Positions 28,749-37,591 of a DNA stretch of 64,000 nt are shown piece by piece. Each line of letters opens with the position of its first letter. The stretch's first letter is position 1. A program made the translations under genes and the position numbers. The stretch is from Gemmatimonadales bacterium (lineage in GTDB: Bacteria; Gemmatimonadota; Gemmatimonadetes; Gemmatimonadales; GWC2-71-9), in the NCBI GenBank assembly GCA_041577295.1, contig JBFGJG010000010.1:1-64000 (forward strand). Direction: 5' to 3'. The notes below the pieces were generated by a model. That model was not told the DNA's origin. It saw only the letters and a list, made by a program, of their open reading frames with translations, and did not search any database.

Positions 28749-30122
28749 ATGAGCCATCGAGTCGTCATCACCGTCCTGTGTGCAGCGAGCTCGTGGGCCG
28801 GCATCTGTCTCGGCCAGGAGGTTCCCACGCTCGTGCTCAGTCTGGAGCAGTGCGAGGAACTCGCGCTGCAGCATAGCGTGCCGGTGCAACAAGCCAGTGG
28901 GAATCTCGAGTTAGCGCGGCTGAGACACGCCCAGGCATCGCATGCGCGGTACGTTCCGCAGCTCAACTTGCGAAACATCTGGACTGCCGTTCCGCGAGCA
29001 CGGCCTGCCTTTACACCAACCGGTGTGTTGACGTCACCGGACACCATCGTGGGGTTCAGCGATCTCCGGCCCCTGACCGAGGTCACGTTGGACGCGGTAC
29101 AACCATTGTGGACCTTCGGAAGGCTGAGCAGCCTCCGTAACGCGGCGGCCTACGGCGTCGAGGCCGGAGAGGCGGAAGTGGCCAGCCGGCGAGCGACGGT
29201 GCTTCTACAGGTGCGGGAGCTGTACTGGGGTCTCGTGCTGGGGAAGGAGCTGCTGCGGGTTGCCGACGATGCCGTGGCCGAGGTGGCGAAAGCGGAGAAT
29301 CGTCTGCGGGTAGAGCTCGACGCGGGGTCGGAAGATGTCACGCAAAACGACCTGTTCAAGCTACAGGTATTCAAGTACGACATCTCCAAGAAGCACCGCG
29401 AGGCTATGGATCGCGTGACCCTGGGCGCTTCCGCGCTGCGAGCCGCGTTGGGATTGGGTGATACGGTTGATGTGGAGGTTGCCGCGGACGAGCTAGTTCC
29501 TCTCCGTGTCACGGTCGACAGCCTCGACCATTACCTCGCAGAGGCCTTTACCAGTAGGCCGGAGATCGCACAGATCCAGGCGACGAGGAACGCACGGACA
29601 TCGCTCATTTCCGCATCAAAGAGCGAGTACCTACCGGAATTCTTCCTCGCCGTGCAGCTCAAGTACAACTACGCGGCCGATCGGTTCGATCCGCGGAATC
29701 CCTTCCTGCACAATCCGTTCAATTTCTTTCGCAAGGGCTTTCTTGTAGGGTTGAACTGGAATCTCAACTTTTTCCAAACACGCGACAAAGTCAGGATCGC
29801 GCAGGCAGAGCTGGCACAACTCACGCACCATGAGTCGGCGCTTGCATCGCGCATCACACTGGATGTGGAGAAAGCATATCTCGCACTCCGGCAGGCACAG
29901 CAAAACCTTCGGGAGAGTGAGGACGCGTTGGCGGCCAGCGATAATTGGCTGCGCGCCGAGTCACAAACCTTCGACCTCGGCATCGGCGAAGTGAGAGATC
30001 TCATCGATGCGTTCCGAGCAAACTCCGTGATGCGCGCCGAGCATCTCCAGAACATCTTCGCTCTGAACACCGCCGTGGCCCGGTTGGCAAATGCGGTGAG
30101 CGGCAACCCCATACTGAATTGA
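28749..30122 (+). CDS. TolC family outer-membrane protein
   Basis: Signal peptide, LSLEQCEELAL, QPLWTFG, RPEI, KSEYLP and two OEP repeats. Confidence 0.88.
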   Translation: MSHRVVITVLCAASSWAGICLGQEVPTLVLSLEQCEELALQHSVPVQQASGNLELARLRHAQASHARYVPQLNLRNIWTAVPRARPAFTPTGVLTSPDTIVGFSDLRPLTEVTLDAVQPLWTFGRLSSLRNAAAYGVEAGEAEVASRRATVLLQVRELYWGLVLGKELLRVADDAVAEVAKAENRLRVELDAGSEDVTQNDLFKLQVFKYDISKKHREAMDRVTLGASALRAALGLGDTVDVEVAADELVPLRVTVDSLDHYLAEAFTSRPEIAQIQATRNARTSLISASKSEYLPEFFLAVQLKYNYAADRFDPRNPFLHNPFNFFRKGFLVGLNWNLNFFQTRDKVRIAQAELAQLTHHESALASRITLDVEKAYLALRQAQQNLRESEDALAASDNWLRAESQTFDLGIGEVRDLIDAFRANSVMRAEHLQNIFALNTAVARLANAVSGNPILN

Positions 30123-30129
30123 GCAGGAC

Positions 30130-30720
30130 ATGAAACGAACGTATCCCCTTGGCATGACATTGGTGGCGGCTCTGTTGATCGCTACACCCCCGGCGCTGGA
30201 TCAGTCGCCGGTGGAGGTGATCAAGGCGAGGAATCAGGCGGTGAATCGGATTCTTGAGACCGCAGGAGACGAGCCCAACGATACAGTCCGCGAGCAACTC
30301 AAGGACGTTATCAATAGCGTGATCGACTTCTGGGAGCTGTCACGGCGCGCGCTGGGAAAGTACTGGGACGAGCGAACAGAGCAAGAGAAGACCGAGTTCG
30401 TCGACGTGTTCGAGCAGTTGATTCGCAACTCATCCGTCAAGAAGCTGTCGATCTATCGGGCGGATAGCGTCACCTATGACCCACCGGATGTCGATGGTAC
30501 AACGGCCACGGTGCGAACCCAGGCCTTCAAAGGACGGAAGTCCGTCGAGATTCTTTATGAGATGCACACGGTACGGGGTGAATGGAAGGCGTACGATTTG
30601 GTTGTTGACGGTGCGAGCACGGTGCGAACATATCGAGACTCGTTTTACAAGCAGCTTACGAAGAGCACCTACCCGGAGATGTACGCAAAGCTCCTGAGTA
30701 AACTCACCGACGAGTCGTAA
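30130..30720 (+). CDS. MlaC/Ttg2D/HpnM-like periplasmic lipid-binding protein
   Basis: IDFWELSRRALGKYW, FVDVFEQLI and WKAYDLVVDGASTVRTYRDSF. Confidence 0.88.
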   Translation: MKRTYPLGMTLVAALLIATPPALDQSPVEVIKARNQAVNRILETAGDEPNDTVREQLKDVINSVIDFWELSRRALGKYWDERTEQEKTEFVDVFEQLIRNSSVKKLSIYRADSVTYDPPDVDGTTATVRTQAFKGRKSVEILYEMHTVRGEWKAYDLVVDGASTVRTYRDSFYKQLTKSTYPEMYAKLLSKLTDES

Positions 30721-33103
30721 CTACGCTGCCGCGGTTCTCCAGCACCTGGAGGACTGCCGGCAAGACGAAGGCGGCCGCGAGGAATGTCGCGGTAAGGCCT
30801 ATCACGGCTAAGTAGCCGATCGAATTCAACCCGGGATGGGTCGCAACGACGAGGCCGGAGTAGCCAACGATGGTCGTCACCGTTGTCATGGCGATGACTG
30901 TCCCAGTCGCTCCCAGTACCAGGGCGAGCGATCCACGTCCCTCTTCACGATACCGATGGTAGATGTGCACGCCGTCGTCTACGCCGATCCCGATTACGCT
31001 GGGGAAGACGACGATGTTGAAAAAGTTCAGCTTCAGGTCCAGGAGGTACATCGCGCCTCCCATCCAGATGATTCCTACCACCAGCGGACACATAACCAGC
31101 ACGGCCGCCTTGAAACTCCGGAGGCCAGCAAGTACCAGCACGAGAACCACAGCAAGCGTGACCAGCACGGCCACCCGCCCCTCGCTGGTCATGATGGTGA
31201 GCAGATCCGCCATGATGATGTTGGGACTGGCGGCGTGAAACACGCGTCCTGAGGCGGTTGTGATCTCCGCAATGTCCTCCCGGAAGGCAATGGCGTTACG
31301 ACCGTCTCGCAGCGCCACGCTCGGATAAATGAATACGAAGTTGCCGATCTCACCTCGCTTATCGACGAACGGCCGCTTATCCGCGACTGGCAAGTCGTCC
31401 CAGGTAAACGGTCGACGCACCTGCAGGTACTTGTTCAGCTTGTCGAGTCGCGCCTTGTCGTCCCCAGTGAGGACTCCTTCCGCCTCATCGGCTATCATCA
31501 CTCGGATCTTCCCAATTCGCTCGAGCCGCTGGGGTTGATCCTGGGGAATCAGCGAGAAGATCGATCGGACGGTCTTGATGGTCGGCGATAAGGTATCTCG
31601 CTTGATGGTTGCCTCCACCGCGGCCACGATTTCGTCGACTTCTTCGAGCGAGTCGGCCAGCACGACCGCGGGGGATTCAGACAGCGTAAAAATGCCCGCA
31701 GTCTTGGCGCTCACCTCCTGTCGTTGGGCGCTCATCGCTCTGAGGTTCGTGAAGTCGTACTCGAACGGCACCAATGCGAACAGGACGGCGGCCCCCACGG
31801 TCATCGTAGCCGCCACTAACACGAGTGGCCGTGCATGGGCTACGGGCCACTGAATGTGTCGCGCCAGGCGGGTCTCGCGGGGTCGATAGCGCAATAGACC
31901 CATGCGTTCGGTGAGCAGGATCAGGGCGGGCAGCACGACGAGCATTGCCACGAGAGCGAACAGGATGCCGATGCCCGAAATGAATCCGAGGTCGGAGAAG
32001 CCTTTGAAGTCCATCGGGACCAGGGCGAAGAACGCGGCGGCCGTGGTCACGGCTCCGGTTGCCGTTGCTCGTCCGGTCTGCGTGACTGCCTTTTCGAGTG
32101 CATCCTCCGTGCTCAACCCTGCGCGCCGTCCTTCCACATGACGTGCAAAGATGTGAACTCCAAAGTCGATCCCGAGTCCAAACAGGATCACGAAGAGGAA
32201 GCCGGTGATCGTGTTGAGTTGTCCGATCACCAGATACGTGACGCCAAAGGTCCACGCCAGCGAGCCGAGCAAACTGAGGCTGATCACGACGGCGCCGAGC
32301 AGGTGCCGGAAATACAACACTATGAGGAGAAAAACGCCGCCGACCCCGTACACCGCCGTACCGAGAATGTCGCGCCGAACCGTATCCAACTCCTCGAGGC
32401 GGTTCTGAAAACTCCCCCCGTAGGAGGCTTCGATTGGCTCGCCGGGGTGTTGTTGAAGCAGGGACGCTACGGTTTGCTTTACGTCGCTCACCATGTTTTG
32501 GACGAACGTCAGATTTGCACCACTTTCTGACGGGTAAACCCGCATCACGAGCACGGTGCTGTCCGCATTGGTGTAGTACTCGGTCGGCAGGGCGTCCTCG
32601 TAGTCGCGCTCCCAGTCCGCGAGGCTCTTACCGGAGTCCTCCTCAGGCTCATCACCAAAGAGGTCCTCTACCAGCAGGGGGTTGAGCTTTCGTTTTTCCG
32701 CCTCGACCGTGCTCTGGATCGCGTCATAGAGCGAGTCTAGCTGAGTGGTGTCGAGGAAGAGCAACGCGTTCCGCTCGTAGAAGTCGATGTCCCGCTTGTA
32801 GTCCACGTACTTCACATACGGCTTGGTCAGCAGACGTTGCTCGAGGACGGCAGCAAGTTGGGTCGCGGAGCCGAAGTCACTGCTCTCGAGAACAACCCTC
32901 AGGTGCTCGGTACCGCCCACCTGCTCGTTCACCCGTTGGAGTGCTTGGACGCTGGTGAAGTGCTGGGGCAACAGCCCGGCGAAGTCACTATCGAGTGGAA
33001 GGCGCAACGTCAGCCGTGCCCCAACCGCGCTGGCGATCACCGCCACGACGAGGATCGGGATGTAGTGCTTCAGAAGGAGCTGGTACACGGTGCGTAGTAG
33101 CAT
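30704..33103 (-). CDS. MMPL/RND family (HpnN-like) membrane transporter
   Basis: Two TM repeats with GLGIDFGVHI and GIGVDDGVHI motifs and large periplasmic loops. Start taken at MLLRTVY. Confidence 0.9.
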   Translation of the reverse strand: MLLRTVYQLLLKHYIPILVVAVIASAVGARLTLRLPLDSDFAGLLPQHFTSVQALQRVNEQVGGTEHLRVVLESSDFGSATQLAAVLEQRLLTKPYVKYVDYKRDIDFYERNALLFLDTTQLDSLYDAIQSTVEAEKRKLNPLLVEDLFGDEPEEDSGKSLADWERDYEDALPTEYYTNADSTVLVMRVYPSESGANLTFVQNMVSDVKQTVASLLQQHPGEPIEASYGGSFQNRLEELDTVRRDILGTAVYGVGGVFLLIVLYFRHLLGAVVISLSLLGSLAWTFGVTYLVIGQLNTITGFLFVILFGLGIDFGVHIFARHVEGRRAGLSTEDALEKAVTQTGRATATGAVTTAAAFFALVPMDFKGFSDLGFISGIGILFALVAMLVVLPALILLTERMGLLRYRPRETRLARHIQWPVAHARPLVLVAATMTVGAAVLFALVPFEYDFTNLRAMSAQRQEVSAKTAGIFTLSESPAVVLADSLEEVDEIVAAVEATIKRDTLSPTIKTVRSIFSLIPQDQPQRLERIGKIRVMIADEAEGVLTGDDKARLDKLNKYLQVRRPFTWDDLPVADKRPFVDKRGEIGNFVFIYPSVALRDGRNAIAFREDIAEITTASGRVFHAASPNIIMADLLTIMTSEGRVAVLVTLAVVLVLVLAGLRSFKAAVLVMCPLVVGIIWMGGAMYLLDLKLNFFNIVVFPSVIGIGVDDGVHIYHRYREEGRGSLALVLGATGTVIAMTTVTTIVGYSGLVVATHPGLNSIGYLAVIGLTATFLAAAFVLPAVLQVLENRGSVVTTRR

Positions 33104-33239
33104 CGTTTCGTCCGGTCCGTCCGACCAGCAGGGGAGGCATGAATAAGTAATAGGGGGGCGGGCGGCTCGCACCGCGTTGTTTCTGCTTGCGCTGGCTGGT
33201 CCGTCCGGTCAGCTTCCGCTGCGGAAGTTTGTGATGGTT

Positions 33240-34475
33240 ATGAGCGATCCTGCACCAGATCTGTCACGCCTGCGCATCGATCGGGAACAGCCGTCGCGGG
33301 GGTCCATGCGTGCCCTAAAGTTCAGCGTGGGGCTGGCTTTGGTGGCCGTGGTCTTCGTGATCGGGGTGCTGTTTCTGTTCCGTGGCGGAAAGGCGGTCGA
33401 CGTCACCGTGGCTCGGGCGGAAGTGGTTGGCGGGGGCACGGCCGGGGCGGTTGGGATCACGGCCAATGGGTATGTCGTTGCCCGCACCAAGGCCTCGGTT
33501 TCTTCGAAGATCACGGGACGGCTCGACTTCCTCGGAGTGTCGGAGGGGTCGTTCGTGCGGCGTGGCGAGGTTATGGCCCGTCTCGAGAATCGGGATTACC
33601 AGGCGGCGCTCGCCCAAGCCGAGGCCGAACTGCTCCGTGCGCAAGCCGCTCATCGTGAGGCGGTTGCCTTGCGCGATCAGCAGGAACGGGACGTCAATCG
33701 AGGTGAAGAGTTGCTGGAGCAAGACCTGACGTCGCAGGAAAACGTGGAGAACCTACGGGCACAGCTGGTGGCGGCAGAAGCGCGCGTGGGGGTGCAGGAA
33801 AGCCAGATCAAAGCCGCAGAAGCTACCATCGGCATGGCGCGGGCCAACCTCGAGAACACCCTGATTCGGGCTCCCTTTTCCGGAACCGTGTTGCGGAAGG
33901 ATGCCGAGGTCGGTGAGGTCGTCGCACCAGTCGCGACCGGTGGGGGGCTGACCCGCGGTGCCGTCGTGACGATGGCCGATCTCGAGACGCTGGAGGTCGA
34001 GGTGGACGTGAATGAGGCGTACATCGCGCAGATTCGCGACATTCAGCCGTCCCGGATCGTCCTCGATGCGTACCCCACCACGGCGTTTGAGGGGGCCGTC
34101 CGCCAGATCGTTCCCACCGCGGACCGTCAGCGAGCCACCGTGCAAGTGAAGGTCAGCATTCTCGAGCGGGACCCACGTATCCTCCCGGAGATGGGCGCCC
34201 GGGTGGAGTTTCTGGAAACCGCGGAGACGGACGTCGCCGAGGGAACGCAACCAACGCGGGTATTCGTTCCCGCCGGCGCGGTCAAGACCGTCGGCGGCGA
34301 AACCATCGTGTGGGTGGTCCGTAACGGTAGTGTGAACCGAACGCGTGTCGAGGCGGGTCCCGTGTCGGGGGGCCGTCGGGAAATCCGCAGCGGCCTGTCG
34401 GGTGGGGAGCAGGTGGTGGTGGATCCTCCAGAGAATCTCGAAGATGGAGCTCGTGTGAATGTCGTCACGTCCTGA
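33240..34475 (+). CDS. Efflux periplasmic adaptor (MFP, MacA-like)
   Basis: N-terminal TM, ANGYVVA, IRAPFSGTV, LEVEVDVNE and LPEMGARV. Confidence 0.9.
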   Translation: MSDPAPDLSRLRIDREQPSRGSMRALKFSVGLALVAVVFVIGVLFLFRGGKAVDVTVARAEVVGGGTAGAVGITANGYVVARTKASVSSKITGRLDFLGVSEGSFVRRGEVMARLENRDYQAALAQAEAELLRAQAAHREAVALRDQQERDVNRGEELLEQDLTSQENVENLRAQLVAAEARVGVQESQIKAAEATIGMARANLENTLIRAPFSGTVLRKDAEVGEVVAPVATGGGLTRGAVVTMADLETLEVEVDVNEAYIAQIRDIQPSRIVLDAYPTTAFEGAVRQIVPTADRQRATVQVKVSILERDPRILPEMGARVEFLETAETDVAEGTQPTRVFVPAGAVKTVGGETIVWVVRNGSVNRTRVEAGPVSGGRREIRSGLSGGEQVVVDPPENLEDGARVNVVTS

Positions 34476-35181
34476 AAACGTTGCAGCACCAACGTCGGTA
34501 CAAACCGGCGAAGCACTCGTGCTAATCAGCGATCTCGCCAAATCCTATCAGCGAGAGGCCCAGCGCATAGATGTGTTCGAGAACGTGAACCTCGAAATTC
34601 GTGTTGGTGAGTTTCTCGCCCTCATGGGTCCATCTGGTAGTGGTAAGAGCACCCTGTTGAACATCATCGCGGGGTTGGACAAGCCGGATCGGGGCACGGT
34701 GATCGTAGGGGGGCGCGACGTCACGCGAATGTCGTCGCGTGAGCTTTCGTCGTGGCGGTCGACGCACATCGGTTTCATCTTCCAGTTTTACAATCTGCTC
34801 CCGGTGTTGACCGCCTATCAGAACGTCGAGCTCCCCTTGCTGCTGACTAATCTGTCCAAGAGAAAGCGCCGGGAGCACGTGCAGACCGCACTTGAGGTGG
34901 TCGGGCTCACGGATCGTGCCGAGCATTATCCGCGGCAGCTCTCGGGCGGTCAGCAGCAGCGTGTTGGGATTGCCCGGGCGGTTGTGAGCGATCCGGCCAT
35001 CATTCTCGCCGACGAGCCGACAGGTGACCTCGACGCACAGTCTGCGGATGAGATCCTCACGTTGCTCCAACGCCTCAACGCCGAGTTCAAAAAGACCGTG
35101 TTGATGGTAACGCACGACGCGCATGCTGCGGAGCGGGCGCACGAGGTCATGCACCTCGACAAGGGGGTTTTGCACCGATGA
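34459..35181 (+). CDS. ABC transporter ATP-binding protein (MacB/LolD-like)
   Basis: GPSGSGKST, LSGGQQQRV, ILADEPTGDLD and VTHD. Confidence 0.95.
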   Translation: MSSRPENVAAPTSVQTGEALVLISDLAKSYQREAQRIDVFENVNLEIRVGEFLALMGPSGSGKSTLLNIIAGLDKPDRGTVIVGGRDVTRMSSRELSSWRSTHIGFIFQFYNLLPVLTAYQNVELPLLLTNLSKRKRREHVQTALEVVGLTDRAEHYPRQLSGGQQQRVGIARAVVSDPAIILADEPTGDLDAQSADEILTLLQRLNAEFKKTVLMVTHDAHAAERAHEVMHLDKGVLHR

Positions 35182-36317
35182 AATTTGCACGGCTCGTTTG
35201 GGCCAATCTGTTCCGCAACAAGCGGCGCACGGTGCTGACCGCGCTGAGCGTCGCCGTCGCCTTTTTCCTCTTCGGCACGCTCAGATCCGTACTCACCACG
35301 CTCGACGCGGCGGCGAGAGTAGGAAGCGAGGCCCGCTTGGTGACGAGCAGTGCCAGCGGTATCACGTTCGTCCTGCCGGAAGCCCACGCGCAGCGGCTGG
35401 CGGCGCAGGAAGGGGTGAAAAGCGTGTCGTGGGCCAACTGGTTTGGCGGATACTACCAGGATCCCAATGACTTCTTTGCGCAGTTTGCCATCAAGGCCGA
35501 CACGTACCTCCGGATGTACCCGGAAATCGTGATTCCGAGCGAAGAGCGCGATGCGTTTCTCCGGGAACGGACTGCTGCCATCGCCGGAGTGGGTTTGATG
35601 GAACGGTACGGATGGCAGGTGGGACAGACCGTCACACTTCGCGGCACGATCTTCCAGGGAGACTGGGAGTTCGTCATCCGCAGCACCTACGTTCCAGAAA
35701 ACCCCAGCTTCGGAGATGAGACGTTCTTTTTCCACTACGAGTACCTCTACGAACGAACCAACGGTGGAATCTCCCCTGGATGGTTCGTCTTGGAGCTCGA
35801 CGACCCAAGCCAGGCAGCGGCGGTCGCGTCCAGGATAGATGCACAGTTCGAGAACTCCACCGCACCGACAAAGACCGAAACCGAGCGGGCCTGGCAGACG
35901 GGGTTCATCACGATGTGGGGCAACGTCGGCTTTTTGGTGCGCGCCATCGGAACCGCGGTGTTCTTCGCCATTCTGCTCGTCGCGGCCAATACGATGATCA
36001 TGGCCATCCGAGAGCGTGTGCATGAGGTGGCGGTCATGAAGACTCTGGGGTTCCAAAACGGCACGCTGGTCGGCATCGTGCTCGCCGAATCCCTCCTAAT
36101 CACCCTGTTGGGCGGTGCGGTCGGACTGCTCGGGGCGCGACTCGCCTTCGCCGGCGACAACCCCATGAACAGCTTCTTCCCCGGATTCGGCGTTGAGTGG
36201 AGTACCATTGCGCTCGGACTCGGCATCGCCGCCCTGCTCGGCCTGGTGAGTGGAGCGGTTCCCGCGTGGCAGTCGGCACGGCTGTCCGTGGTGCAGGCGC
36301 TCAGGCGTGTCGTGTGA
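35178..36317 (+). CDS. ABC transporter permease (MacB/FtsX family)
   Basis: NLFRNKRRTVLT and RERVHEVAVMKTLGF. ATGA overlap with the ATPase gene. Confidence 0.9.
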   Translation: MKFARLVWANLFRNKRRTVLTALSVAVAFFLFGTLRSVLTTLDAAARVGSEARLVTSSASGITFVLPEAHAQRLAAQEGVKSVSWANWFGGYYQDPNDFFAQFAIKADTYLRMYPEIVIPSEERDAFLRERTAAIAGVGLMERYGWQVGQTVTLRGTIFQGDWEFVIRSTYVPENPSFGDETFFFHYEYLYERTNGGISPGWFVLELDDPSQAAAVASRIDAQFENSTAPTKTETERAWQTGFITMWGNVGFLVRAIGTAVFFAILLVAANTMIMAIRERVHEVAVMKTLGFQNGTLVGIVLAESLLITLLGGAVGLLGARLAFAGDNPMNSFFPGFGVEWSTIALGLGIAALLGLVSGAVPAWQSARLSVVQALRRVV

Positions 36318-36360
36318 GTGCCGCGTGCAGACCCACCGAGGACGTGAGGCCTAAGCCCCG

Positions 36361-37527
36361 ATGAAGATTCCACTGATCTACAACCTCCGGAGCCTCCGCC
36401 AGCGACCAGTAGCCACCATCACGACAGCACTGGGCATGGCACTCGTCGTAGCGGTCTTCATCGCCATGATGGCCCTATCAAACGGCTTTCGTGCAGCGTT
36501 GGCACGCACCGGCTCCACAGAGAATGTGATCATGCTGCGCAAGGGAGCCAACCAGGAGATGAACAGTGGTCTCTCGCGGGAGGCCGCGCGTATCGCAGCC
36601 GGAATGCCGTTCGTTGCCACGGGGAGCGACGGTCAGCCGCTCGTGAGCCCAGAGACGTACGTGGTTGTTCCCCTGCAACGGGCCAACGCCGGCGGGCTTG
36701 CTAACGTCGTTGCAAGGGGCGTGAGTCAGCGAGCGTTCGAGGTGCGCAAGGATGTCGAGATCGTCCAGGGCCGCCCGTTCCGCTCAGGGGCGCGCGAAGT
36801 TGTCGTGGGGACGAAATTTGTGGAACGGTTCGAGAACTCGGGTGTGGGCGACACAGTGCGGTTTGGCGGTGCGGACTGGACGATCGTCGGTCATTTTTCG
36901 GCCGGTGGATCGTCGTTCGAGTCCGAGATCTGGGGGGAGAACGAGCAGTTCATGCCGGTCTTTCGCGGCCAGATCTTTCAGTCGATCACCTTCCGAATGC
37001 GGGATCCCACCGCTTACGAGGGGGTGCGCGAGATGCTTGAGGGCGACTCGCGGCTGAACGTGGATGCCTTCCGGGAGCGGGAGTTCTACGTGAACCAGTC
37101 GACTCTGTTGAGCCAGGTCCTGAGCTTCATTGCGATCTTCATTGCGGGGATCATGGCGGTGGGGGCCGTGTTCGGCGCGATCAACACGATGTACGCCGCC
37201 GTGGCGGCACGCGCACCGGAGATCGGCGTGCTGTTGACGCTGGGTTTCAAGCGCCGAAACGTGCTCGCCTCATTTCTCGTGGAAGCCGTGATGATCGCCG
37301 CCATTGGTGGCGTGATTGGCGGTCTCCTTGCGCTCCCCATCAACGGCTTAGTCACGAGTACCACGAACTGGAACACCTTCAGTGAAATCGCGTTCGCGTT
37401 TTGGGTGACGCCAGAGTTGCTGGTAGCCGGGCTGATATTCGCTGTGGTCATGGGTGTGCTGGGTGGGTTTTTCCCAGCGTGGAAAGCGGCGCGGCAAAAC
37501 GTCGTCGACTCGCTGCGCGAAGCGTAG
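36361..37527 (+). CDS. ABC transporter permease (MacB/FtsX family)
   Basis: YNLRSLRQR, NTMYAAVAARAPEIGVLLTLGF and GGFFPAWKAAR. Confidence 0.9.
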   Translation: MKIPLIYNLRSLRQRPVATITTALGMALVVAVFIAMMALSNGFRAALARTGSTENVIMLRKGANQEMNSGLSREAARIAAGMPFVATGSDGQPLVSPETYVVVPLQRANAGGLANVVARGVSQRAFEVRKDVEIVQGRPFRSGAREVVVGTKFVERFENSGVGDTVRFGGADWTIVGHFSAGGSSFESEIWGENEQFMPVFRGQIFQSITFRMRDPTAYEGVREMLEGDSRLNVDAFREREFYVNQSTLLSQVLSFIAIFIAGIMAVGAVFGAINTMYAAVAARAPEIGVLLTLGFKRRNVLASFLVEAVMIAAIGGVIGGLLALPINGLVTSTTNWNTFSEIAFAFWVTPELLVAGLIFAVVMGVLGGFFPAWKAARQNVVDSLREA

Positions 37528-37591
37528 CCACCGTTGGAAATCCGGTCCTGATTATTTCAAGAAATCGTAGGCGGTGGTCGAGAGCTTTGGG

